A stretch of 63,642 nt of DNA, filler included, from Collodictyon triciliatum (Eukaryota): NCBI GenBank assembly GCA_043381765.1. It is 6 parts of 5 records of this genome, joined end to end, with 100 filler letters (N's around TTAATTAATTAA, not from the genome) between each part and the next. Parts side by side here need not be neighbours in the genome. Positions count along the whole stretch, not along the records: positions 19,347 to 35,095 come from JBHJMP010001242.1; positions 35,196 to 57,990 come from JBHJMP010001243.1; 4 more parts are not named here. One strand, written 5' to 3'. Of the stretch, positions 28,731 to 39,826 are shown piece after piece. Numbering within the stretch: position 1 is the first letter of the stretch; each line of letters opens with the position of its first letter. Below the pieces are notes generated by a model. That model was not told the DNA's origin. It ran no database searches and saw only the letters and a program-made list of their open reading frames with translations. Position numbers and translations under genes: made by a program.

Positions 28731-31700
28731 GCAATCACAAATATCCTGGCGAATATATGAATGAGATAATATTACAAGATTTAACAAACCAGATCTGTAA
28801 TGGTATAGTCCTTCCTCCTTTTTGCGACACAAGTGTCCTAGATTGTTATAAGAGCCTGGGTGAATCATTCAATATAAAATTTCGTGAAGACGGAGTATTT
28901 CAAATACATTCAATTTTAATGGGCGGTGGCAATACGTCATCAAGAATGGCTCGAGCAAATGCTGCACCGGCTTCATCAGCGAGAACTCAGAGCGTTCGTG
29001 CCGATTCAGCACTTGATATACTCGAAATTCTATCTAAGCTGAATGACGCATCCCAAACCTTCAGCGGTGATTCAAAATCTGGCCCGAATATATCAAATAC
29101 TTCCTTACAATTGAGTCAAGTGTTAGCTTCTCAATTACTTATGAGTCCTAATAAAGAGGAAGATATTCAAATATTGGAAAGACTTGCTGCGCTTCATATA
29201 TCGATAGCTGAAAAAAAATACGCAATTCAAAATCGTGTCTTACGTGAGCAAGCTGACATTTCTGAAAAACAAAATGAGTCAAACCAAAGGCTAGTTCAAA
29301 GTCTTATAGACCAAGTTTTAAGACTTCCAGTTTCTCAGCAAACCTCTCAAACAATTGATTCATTGGTGCGTGCTATGCCTTTTAGTGGAGGATTAACCTT
29401 AAGTCATTCGAACACCACATTTCCATCCATACAATCTCTTGAGAGAAATCATGCTACCACACCACATCAAGATTTAAATAAAGATTTACCTGCTCATAGT
29501 TCACATTTAAACCCTAATAGTTCTGGAATAGTTAAGCCAAATCTCGAAAACGAGAATTCCATTCAAGCACTTCGTATTGTAACACCGAGTACGACAACTT
29601 TTAACCAATATGGAACAAAGGAAGCTTCTCCAACCGATGACCTTGATTGTTCAACAAATTTCCAAGATAACAGCTTGGGCTTAATTAATCTACCTAATTC
29701 TTCGTCTATAATACAAGTCCCCACCAGTCTAGCGATCACTAAATCAATATTAAGATCAAATGATGTTGACCTCTCCTTGGTTTTTAGTGATTGGGAAATT
29801 AAAAATTGCAAGTATATTGAGACACCTGTTAACACATCCGAGCTTGCTAAAGCCATATCTGAGCAACGAGAAAAAGAATCTGGCAATAGTGCTGAGAAAA
29901 AAAGAGCTCTTCGCATAATCAAGCTATTTATGAAAGAAAAAACTGCTTGGGACGAGAGCTTGGATGAACTCGCTGCACTGGCCCCAGCAGGAGACAAACT
30001 CATTTCAGAAAAGCTAATAACCGCTCTTGGCACGATGATGAATAAAAAAATGGAGAAGCTAGACCGCCTGCTAAATGCCTTAAATATCGTTGTGGGGAAT
30101 ACACTGAAGGAGGATTTCAATCACTCTTTGCTTGCTCAAGTCCTAGATATTCTGATTGAACGTGTCGGTACTCTCTTCGCCTCAGACGAGGCTTTATGTC
30201 AAAGGATAATAGATACTCTGATTTCCATATTGAATTCGCTGTATTTTTCTGGTGCATCAGGAATTTCTGAGGAGAAATATAAAGCATTCAAAGAGACATT
30301 TGGACAGAGCTGGATTGAAAAGAAAATTGAGACCCGTGGGGAAGAAATCGAGAATAAGATAAAAAATCAATATTATAAGGCTAAGAAATCCTTGTTCTGT
30401 GAGCTACTGAAGCACATTGGCGATGGTCAGAATCCAGTCGTAAAGAGACTGAAAATTGTTGGGAAAATCGGATTAGGTCTAGTATTTTCCGCTTCCTCGG
30501 CATTCTGGTTTGACATAAGTGGCACTCTAGATTCATTGCAAGAAATTGCCAACGCTGTTGGAGAATTTGATATCAAAAAGAGTTGGTTTACATTCTATCA
30601 AGCGTTTCGCATCAGTTTATTCATTAGTGTCGATGAGGCAAAAAAAGTATGGGATTCTCAATTTTCAGGAAAGAAGGACAAAGTTGGAGATACTCTGGCA
30701 TTTCTTATCATAGACACAATTTCTGAACGATTCTGCTACACTCATATTGGCTCTGAGCGACAAAAAGTTTATGAATTGATGGGATACATCACGAAGCATG
30801 AAAAATGGTCGAAAAGCGAGGTTATGAATCGATTTGTGGAAACAAAACAGCACCAAATGGCAACATATAAGCCAAAAGAGTCAAACTTACCTACAATTCT
30901 TTTTGAAAAAGCTGGTAAAGACGAAAGAACAATTCAAGATATCATTGATAATATCAAGGAGGAGATCATTCGAAACGAAGAATTTAACAATCGATTCAAC
31001 ATCTATATCTCTTGTCAAGCCGAAAGAATTGCTGAGAAAGGGAAAGTGTTTGATGCCCAAGAATACATCCTGAATTTCATCACATCTGGAAAAGACAAAG
31101 TGCTGCTCGTACTTGGGGATTCTGGCTCTGGAAAATCACTATTACAACAATTTATTGTGCGATTGCTTTGGGAAAAGTATGAATACGGAAAAACACATAT
31201 TCCATTGTATGTTGCCCTGACTTCGTTGGAAAGCCCCAGAGAAAACGTCATCGAAGAACTGCTGCTTTCTGAAAGTAAAAATAGCTTCTATATACCAGAC
31301 TCTGATTTCCGAAAAGATCAAATCAAAGAACTAAAAAAGATGAAATTCATAATTTTCCTGGATGGTTACGATGAAATTGAAGATAGCGGCAAATCCTTTT
31401 ATAATTCAAATAAACTTGAAGAATGGACCAACTGCAAGTTTGTGATTGGATGCCGCAAGCAATTCTTGGACAAGAAACCTCACTACCAATCATTATTTGC
31501 ACCTAAAGCTAGTCATGGCTATTCTCTTGATGAAATATATCTGAGACCTTTTGAAAAAAGGCAAAGAATCGATTATTTTAACAAGTTTGCTGCAAGAAAT
31601 TCGGTTGAAGGATGGAGAAAAGGAGAAAAATACGAAGAGGAATTAAGAAGGATAAGGGAACTTGATGAGTTGTCTGTCACTCCATTTATGATTTTCATGG

Positions 31701-34700
31701 CAGCAACCACACTTCCGTCTATACTGAAGGACAGAACTGAGTCAAAGTCGAAGGAGATGGCAAAAATTATGAGAACAGATTTCCTGGACAAGTTTTCAAG
31801 AAGGTGGTTTGAACGTGAAAGAGAGAAGCTTGAAGGTAATTTGTCATTGACACAAAAAATGCCTAAGGATTTAGATAGTCTCTTGGAGCGAAAATGCAAG
31901 AAAATAGCAAAGTGGATGCATGAAAAAGAAAATAAACCTGCGCTTGAATACGAATATATCGAAGGAAAGGCAAAGAAGCACGAATACGATGAGTTTTTCC
32001 ATCCAAATCCAGACCATATGATTGATGGTGAGCGAACATTCTCTGTCTTTGTTCTGCGATGTGCACCTATTAAGAAATCAAGTGCCACGACCTATGAGTT
32101 CTTCCACAAATCGCTCTACGAATTCTTTGCTGCTGAATACATCAAAGATGAAATAAATGTTGCCGACGCGGAAAATCAAGCTTCTGCCCAACCATCGACG
32201 GAAGGTCAAAATGCTGCATCTTCTTCTGAACCTGCGAATTCTATTTTCGAAAAGTCTGACACGAAATCACCAAGATTCAAGCTTTCAAATGTTGTACATT
32301 CTGTGATGAAATCAAAAGGGAAGACGAATGTTCTTGATAGAATGCTAGAGCCTGCTATTCTGCTCAATCTGAGTGAAAAAGTGAACAAAAACAAAACTTA
32401 CAGAGACAACCTGTTTTCAATCATCGAGCAATCCAAAACAGATGCAAGCCAAGCGCAAGCTGCATCAAATGCCATCACAATTCTGAACTATGCCGATGTT
32501 TCTTTCAGTGGCATGGATTTCAGAGGGATTCAAATTCCAAATGCCGATATGTCACAGTCTGTTGCAGATGGTGCTGACTTCACTGGTGCCAATTTGGAGG
32601 GTGTTTTGCTCTACAATGCGTGCATTTCGAACTGTGTCTTTGATAATGCGAATATGAAGAACATCAATTTTGGTCGTTTACCGATGTTCTTGGGTCACTC
32701 AGATTATGTCTCTTGTGTTTACTATTACGATGGAATAAATGGTGAGCCATTGCTTGTATCGGGAGGTTGGGATAACACAATACGTATTTGGGAAGTAGCC
32801 ACAGGAAAACAAATCAAATTATTAGAAGGACACACAAAAAGTGTCAACAGTGTTTGCAGCATTCAAGGGCCGAATAGTGAAAAGTGGTTGGCTTCTGGAG
32901 GTAATGATAAAACAATACGTATTTGGAAGTTTGTCACAGGAAACCAAATCAAAATATTAAAAGGTCATACAGAACGTGTCGCCAGTGTTTGCAGCATTCA
33001 AGGACCGAATGGTGAAAATTGGCTGGCCTCTGCAAGTGATGATAAAACAATACGTATTTGGGATGTAGCTGCGGGAAATCAAATCAAAACATTAGAAGGA
33101 CATTTAAATTATGTCAATAGTGTTTGCAGTATTCAAGGACCGAATGGTGAAAATTGGTTGGCGTCAGGAAGTTGGGATAATACAATACGTATTTGGGATA
33201 TAGCTACAGGACTACAAACTAATATATTAGAAGGTCATAAATATGGAGTATACTGCGTTGGTATATTTCAGGGACCGAACAACAGAAAATGGTTGCTATC
33301 AGGAAGTTCTGATAGAACAATACGTGTTTGGGATGCAGCCACAGGGAACCAAATCAAAATACTGGAAGGACATACAAAAGAAGTCAAGAGTGTCTGCAGC
33401 ATTCAAGGACCAAATGGTGAAAATTGGTTGGCTTCTGGAAGTGATGATAATACAATACGTATTTGGGATGTAGCCGCCGGAAATCAAATTAAACCATTAG
33501 AAGGGCACACTGGTGATATCAAGATTATTTGCAATATTCAAGGACCAAATGGTGAAAATTGGTTGGCTTCTGGTAGTGTTGATACAACAATATGTATTTG
33601 GGATGCAACGACGGGCTATCAAATAAAAGTACTTCAGGGGCACACTAGTTCAATATACTGCATTTGTAATGTTCAAGGGCCAAATGGTGAAAATTGGTTG
33701 GCTTCTGGAAGTTTTGATAAAACAATACGTATATGGGATATAGCCACAGGGAATCAAATCAAAACGTTAGAAGGGCATACAAGTGCAATAATGAATGTTT
33801 GCCACATTCACCTTCTGAATGGTGAGTTTTGGTTGGCATCTGGAAGTCGTGATAATACTATCCGAATTTGGGATTTAGTATCAGGGAAATCTCTAAAAAT
33901 ATTGAATGGACATTTAAACCCTGTCAATACTATTTGCAATATTCAGGGGCCTAATGGTGAAATATTGCTAGCCTCTGCGGGTGATGATAAAACCATATGC
34001 ATATGGGATGTTCTGACAGAGAATATTTTAAAAAAATTACAAGGTCACACGAAGGATGTTGAAACGATATGCTCTTTCCGAGGTGACAATGGGAAAAACT
34101 ACTTGGCATCTGGTAGTCGTGACAGTACAATATGCATTTGGGATTTGCTGGATGGAACTCTTCTCAAGAGATTTGAATGTGATAAAAAAGAGGTAAAAAT
34201 TGTTTACCCTGCCCAAGGACCAAATGGCGAAAAATGGTTGGCTTCTGTGGGTGATGACAAAATCATACGAATTTGGGATGTAGCCTCTGGGCTTCAAATA
34301 AGTTGTTTAAAATCATCTGAGTTGACATATACAGATAAAAATTTCCTCGTTAAAAGAAATGACCCCTATGAATTCATTTCATCGCTCAATAGTAGAAGTG
34401 ATGCTATGAATCTCATCGATACCAAGAGAATTATGAATACCAAAACTGTTCGAATAATTGGCCCAAGAACTTTAGAAGGTAGAAATATTTGCATCAGAGA
34501 CGTGATTGGACTAAGTGTGATGAACAAGGCCCTGTTTTTACAAGAAGGTGCTGTCTCTTGTGATGAAGACTTTATTGCCTATTGTGAGCAGGCTAAGGTC
34601 ACGAAGTTTCAAAATCAGATGATGGCTGAATGCTATGAAAATGGATGGGTCGTAGACAAGGATAACGAAGCAGCCGCATATTGGAGACAGAAAGCTGATG

Positions 34701-34787
34701 ATCCAGAAGGTAAATATACGATCATATTTATTAAAAAAATCAATTGAACTGTAAATCAATTCCTTATTTACAGGAAGCTGTGCTTGA
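28731..34787 (+). CDS. NLR-like NACHT NTPase with helical N-domain, pentapeptide repeats, 12 WD40 repeats and a C-terminal Sel1-like repeat
   Basis: Walker A GDSGSGKS (31115-31138), Walker B FIIFLDGYDE, YEFFHKSLYEFFAAEY, AASNAITILN followed by pentapeptide repeats, 45-aa GH..WD repeats and MAECYENGWVVDKDNEAAAYWRQKA. A probable last intron 34710-34773 gives ..PEGSCA*. Confidence 0.93.
32693..34312 (+). repeat. Coding tandem repeat, 12 x 135 nt (WD40 units)
   Basis: Recurring CAAGGACCAAATGGTGAAAATTGGTTGGCTTCTGG..ACAATACGTATTTGGGAT; Gly codons of the GH motif at 32693, 32828, 32963 and onward. Confidence 0.93.
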
Positions 34788-35018
34788 ATGAAAATCTTTA
34801 GATATTTGGATTTCCAATAGGCGTCCTCGAGCAACTTTCAACAACGTAAAAGGAAACAATAAAAAAAATTGCATCTATCTACAAATCTTGACCAATCGAC
34901 ATACCTATTCCTTCAACAAAATTGAAATGTTTGTTTTTTTGTTTTTTTTGTTTTTTTTTGTTTTTTTTTGTTTTTTTTGTTTTTTTTGTTTTTTTTGTTT
35001 TTTTTGTTTTTTTTTTTT

Positions 35019-35074
<56 letters not shown>

Positions 35075-35095
35075 TTTTTTTTTTTTTTTTTTTTT

Positions 35096-35195
35096 NNNNN
35101 NNNNNNNNNNNNNNNNNNNNNNNNNNNNNNNNNNNNNNNTTAATTAATTAANNNNNNNNNNNNNNNNNNNNNNNNNNNNNNNNNNNNNNNNNNNN
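35096..35195. other. Artificial contig spacer flanked by T-rich and (TTTTTTCTCTC)n tracts
   Basis: 44N-TTAATTAATTAA-44N. Confidence 0.97.
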
Positions 35196-35343
35196 TTTCT
35201 CTCTTTTTTCTCTCTTTTTTCTCTCTTTTTTCTCTCTTTTTTCTCTCTTTTTTCTCTCTTTTTTCTCTCTTTTTTCTCTCTTTTTTCTCTTTTTTTCTCC
35301 TTTTGACTTTTCATTCTGATTTACACATGTATCCTCTCACAAG

Positions 35344-37090
35344 ATTTTGTCAAGAGGGATTTTATCCAAAGGCTTCTCTGTGGCGCACGATTTTCAGGCT
35401 ATGATTGACGCGTTGGTTCAGGTCACCAATGGACTTTTCGATGGTGCAGAGAAAGATTTCTTTGACGGATGCACAGGTAATTTGATGCACAATGTTTTGA
35501 TATACATGTTCTCTGTAAGTGATAGCAGTAATGACCATGTTTTGTTAAGGGGCTGATGTTATCGTTGCCATGCCTCTTTGCTTCGAATTTGGATACACTC
35601 TCGCTGAGCACTTTTGCATTCCCCTGATTGGGCTCAGTCCACACCCAACAAATCCGTCGCCTTTATCGCCAATGGTGTTGCTTCAGTCTACTCCAATCAA
35701 GGGCATATTCTCCTTTGTTAATGTACTAGTGCATGAAATATATGCTTATTCACTCTGGTGCAGCCGAAGGGAAACTCATAACGAATGGAGAAAAAAACTA
35801 AACTTGAATCCCATTAAAAACTGGTTTGGAGTCTACACCCTGTGGCAAAAATGCAACATTCCAACCATATCTACTTACAGTTCTTCTATCGTTGGTGGAC
35901 TAGATTCGCTCAACAAAAATAATTGTATTGTGGGTTTTATAAATGGTTCTTGGGGAGGTGCTACTTCGTCGCGTCTTGGAGAGAAAATCGAAGGGTTTCT
36001 TTCGAGCGGAGCAAGACCTGTGTATTTTGGCATTGGTTTCCTTCCAGACACAAACTACGACTCTCTACTGACAACAACTCTCCAGGTTGCATTCATAACT
36101 TTTCCAAAAAGAAAAAGAACTCATGCTGATGAGAAGCAGCTTAAAAAAATCGAAGATATGCTTAGAGGCTGAAAAAAAAACCTGCAGGAATGTGATATAG
36201 TAACAGCTTTTATGTATATGACCTACAACTATTCCTCCCATTTTCTAGGCCATCGACAGAGTCGGATGTCGCGCTATCATCGCTTCTGGGTCAAATAGTA
36301 TCAATGAATCGAAATCCACCAAAGCAGTCCTCTTTGTTAAGGACGCACCCGCCGAACATCTTTTTCCTCGTTGTAAATCTGTGTTGCATCACTGCAGTTC
36401 CACTTCCACAGCTGCTGTTTTATATGCTGGTGTTCCGAGCATCGCAGTCCCTGTCCATTCAGATAATTTTTTCTGGGCTGAACAAATTCACAAAGTCTTT
36501 TTCTGCTCGATAAAACATTAAAGATTTTTAAAAAAAAATATTTTAGTTAAAATAAATTTTCAGTTTAGAATGACTAACTTTATCCACTCAACATTTTAGC
36601 TTGGAGTATGCCCAAATCCTGTACCGTACTCTCAGATGAATGTAGACGTTCTATCTGAATCGATCATTTGCTCATTTGCACCAAACCAGTCAAAATGCGC
36701 TCAGTCGGTCAGATCTAAGCTTGAGATGGTAAATAGCAATTGCTCTGTTTTTTTTTCTTTTGTGTCTTTTAAGGATTTTCTTGAGTTGTGTTATGCCACT
36801 TGATCGTCTTTTTTTTTTCAAGATATGATAATAAACAAGCTAATAGATAATGAATTTCAAATTCCTAACCTAAGTTTCGATTTTAGGATGGAAATACAAC
36901 CTCAAAAGCTTTGGAGCGATTCCAGCATCTAGTTTCGCAAAGAACCCTTGTAAATCCTGGTATAGCCTCCACATCGACCATCTGGCTTCTCCCGCAACTA
37001 AGGGGAATTGTATCTAGCACAACGTTGGTCGTCTCAGCAAGCTTTGCCATTACAGCCATTAGAGCCATCCGAAATGCGCTTCTGAGCTAA
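35344..37090 (+). CDS. GT1-family glycosyltransferase (sterol 3-beta-glucosyltransferase-like), 5'-truncated
   Basis: ADVIVA..LAEHFCIP, FLSSGARPVYFGIG, APAEHLFPRCKSVLHH..AGVPSIAVP..DNFFWA; five exons; hydrophobic C-terminal tail. Confidence 0.82.
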
Positions 37091-38084
37091 AAAGAAAAAG
37101 ATAACCCACCACTCATATTTTGATACAATTACTTTGACACCGGTCCTTTAAAAATAAAGTTAAAATGAAGGAAAAATGAATAGTATCGTTATTAGTCAAG
37201 ATATTGTTGGTTTTTATTCATATACTTGAGATATGTGTGATAAAACTTGCAAAAAAAAAAAAAAGGCTTTTGAATATGATTTTGAACATGCATTCTTTTT
37301 CATTTTTCTTAGACTTTGAGCTAGTATATTCACTTGCACATTGAAATTGAGTAGAGTACTTACTTTGGCAACACCTGCTGGCTCTCATCCGATAAAAACT
37401 CCACCAAAAGGAAAAAACTAGTATCACGCGATATCATTCTTACGCACATACAAAATCACCGACACGTATGATTCTAGTGTTTTCTTTTTTTTCTTTTTTT
37501 CTTTTTCTTTTTTGTTGTTGTTGTTTCTTTCTCTTAAGGATAGAATCGATTTGGAACATTAAAGTATCACATACTGCCTCCCTTCCCTCAACAGATATCC
37601 ATGCCAATCGACCTGGGAAAAAAAAAACTAATGTCCCTCCATTTGCACTCAACCTCGTTTTCATTTCCAAACCAGGATAACTTCTGATTACATTCCAATT
37701 GACCACTTTCCCAAAGCCACATCCTAACCATCTAAACCCAATCACTATTTAAAAGAAATTAAAGAGCATTACACTGGACAAAATATTCCTCTGAAAAAAA
37801 ATTCACAAACAGCGGCATGAAACGCCCCCTTTGCATACCTTAAGTGAATGGTAGCTCAGTACTTTTTCAATAAACATATTCTTAGATTCCATATACCGAT
37901 GAAAATCAGCTGCATCGAGAATGGAAAGAAAATTGGCACATTAACGAATCGTGATGTCCAAAAAGAAAAAAATTAGTTTTGGTTACCAGTTAATTTGCTT
38001 CTTTTCTGTTTTTGTTTCTAAAAAAAAAAAAAAAAAAACTTACATTCTCTCTATCTACCCTTCTCTTGAATAGGCCATAAGTTT

Positions 38085-39422
38085 ATGAGTTGCACCAACG
38101 ACACCGAACCACCCATTCCGTTCAACCGTCCGTATTACACAGGTAAGATGTTGCGTGCATTGACAAATATATGTGTTGCGCACGACGGGTAATTGCAGTG
38201 TTCATATGTTTTAATTTATTTTTTTTTAACCTCACCTATTTCAACATCTTCGTTTAAGGCATTTGATTATGATATTTTGTGTAAAATTCATGTTCGACTC
38301 ATTCCAGGCGATGAAGTAAATGAGGTCAATAAGTTGTTCCAAAACAAGAGCGGATTATCGGGTAACGGGCCAATTACCAAAGAATGTCAAGCTCTACTCA
38401 GAAAAAATCTGGGGACTCCTTTAGCTCTTTTGACACAATCAGGGACAGCAGCCTTGGAAATGTGCGCCATTCTATGCAACCTGTCCATAGGCGATGAAGT
38501 AATCATGCCGTCTTATACATTCGTGTCCACAGCCAATGCGTTTGTTCTCCAAAAAGCCACGCCAGTTTTCGTTGATTTAGATATGAATAGAGTTGGAGTC
38601 GACCCCAAGTGTATCAGAGCAGCAATCAACCCAAGAACGCGAGCTATTTGTGTGGTTCATTACAGCGGCATCGCTTGCGACATGGATGAAATAATGTCCA
38701 TAGCAAAGGAATATAATCTACTGGTGATAGAGGATGCTGCCCATGCGGCGTTTGGAAAGTACAAAGGAAAAATGCTTGGAAGTATCGGAGACTTTGCTGC
38801 CTTGAGTTTTCATGAGACCAAAAACATTCAGTGTGGAGAGGGAGGCGCTCTTCTCGTAAACAACAAGAATTACATCACCCGCGCTGAGATAATATGGGAG
38901 AAAGGTACTAATCGGAAGCAGTTTCTTGAGGGAGTCTCACCAAAATATTCTTGGGTTGATGTTGGCTCTTCTTTCTTGCCGAGCGAATTGACAGCCGCTG
39001 CACTTTTACCACAACTGAAGAAGGGCTTTGAAATCACTAAAAGGCGTAGGGAAATATGGGCAAAGTATCATCAAGGGTTGTGGAATCTTCATACACAGGG
39101 CAAGCTCACACTACCTTTGATTCCTCAAGATGCAGCCGAGCATTCAGCTCACCTTTTTTTCTTCTTTGCAAGAAGCCCCGAGGATTTGCGCGAAATTGTG
39201 GCGGAAGGGAAAAGACGCAGGATAAGTTTGATGCAGCATTACGTCCCGCTGCACTCGTCCCCATATGGCACCAAAGGGGCTCGCTCAAGCGGGTTGATGG
39301 CTAATACTGACTGGGCCGCAGCAACGCTATTAAGGCTGCCTTTGTGGTGTGACTTGACTGATGATATGGTCGAACGGGTGATTAGTGTAATTTCGGATGT
39401 GCTATCTGAAAAATCGTATTGA
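38085..39422 (+). CDS. wecE: dTDP-4-amino-4,6-dideoxygalactose transaminase-like (DegT/DnrJ/EryC1/StrS family), one intron 38143-38307
   Basis: IPFNRP, GDEVIMPSYTFVSTANAFVL, IEDAAH, SFHETKN (PLP lysine), EKGTNR, YSWVDVGSS, HYVPLH and LLRLPL match the WecE/RffA subfamily. Confidence 0.93.
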
Positions 39423-39826
39423 GGAATTATATTGGGAGTGGCATTTATCCAATAAACTTCTAAAGAAATATAAACAAAACAAAAAAAAAGCCCCCACATT
39501 CAAAGTGAGCCGTCCCACCCATCCAATCTTTTGATAAAGAAGCTGAGATTGGTATAGGCACCAAAGACGTTACTTTCTTTGGCTCATTTGTCTTTTGTAG
39601 TTGGTTTTTTTTTTTTTTTTTTGAAAGAGGTGATGCATCCAGAAAATAAAGTAGAATAATAGCTTACTGGCTGTTCATAATAAACGGACATTTTAAAAAA
39701 AGTTGTAGCAACTGCCTTATCAAATATCAAGCGATGATTTTTCTCTACATATAATCATAGAGTAAGTATTCGTCCTTTTATGATTTTTTTTCATTATTTA
39801 TTTCCGTTTCTTTGAGAAACAACTTT

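Noticed and set aside
32693-34312. Regularly spaced repeats as a CRISPR array
   Set aside because: In-frame coding WD40 units with no unique spacers and no cas genes.
37218-37950. Short minus-strand ORFs between the glycosyltransferase and wecE
   Set aside because: No coherent spliced product or motif found.
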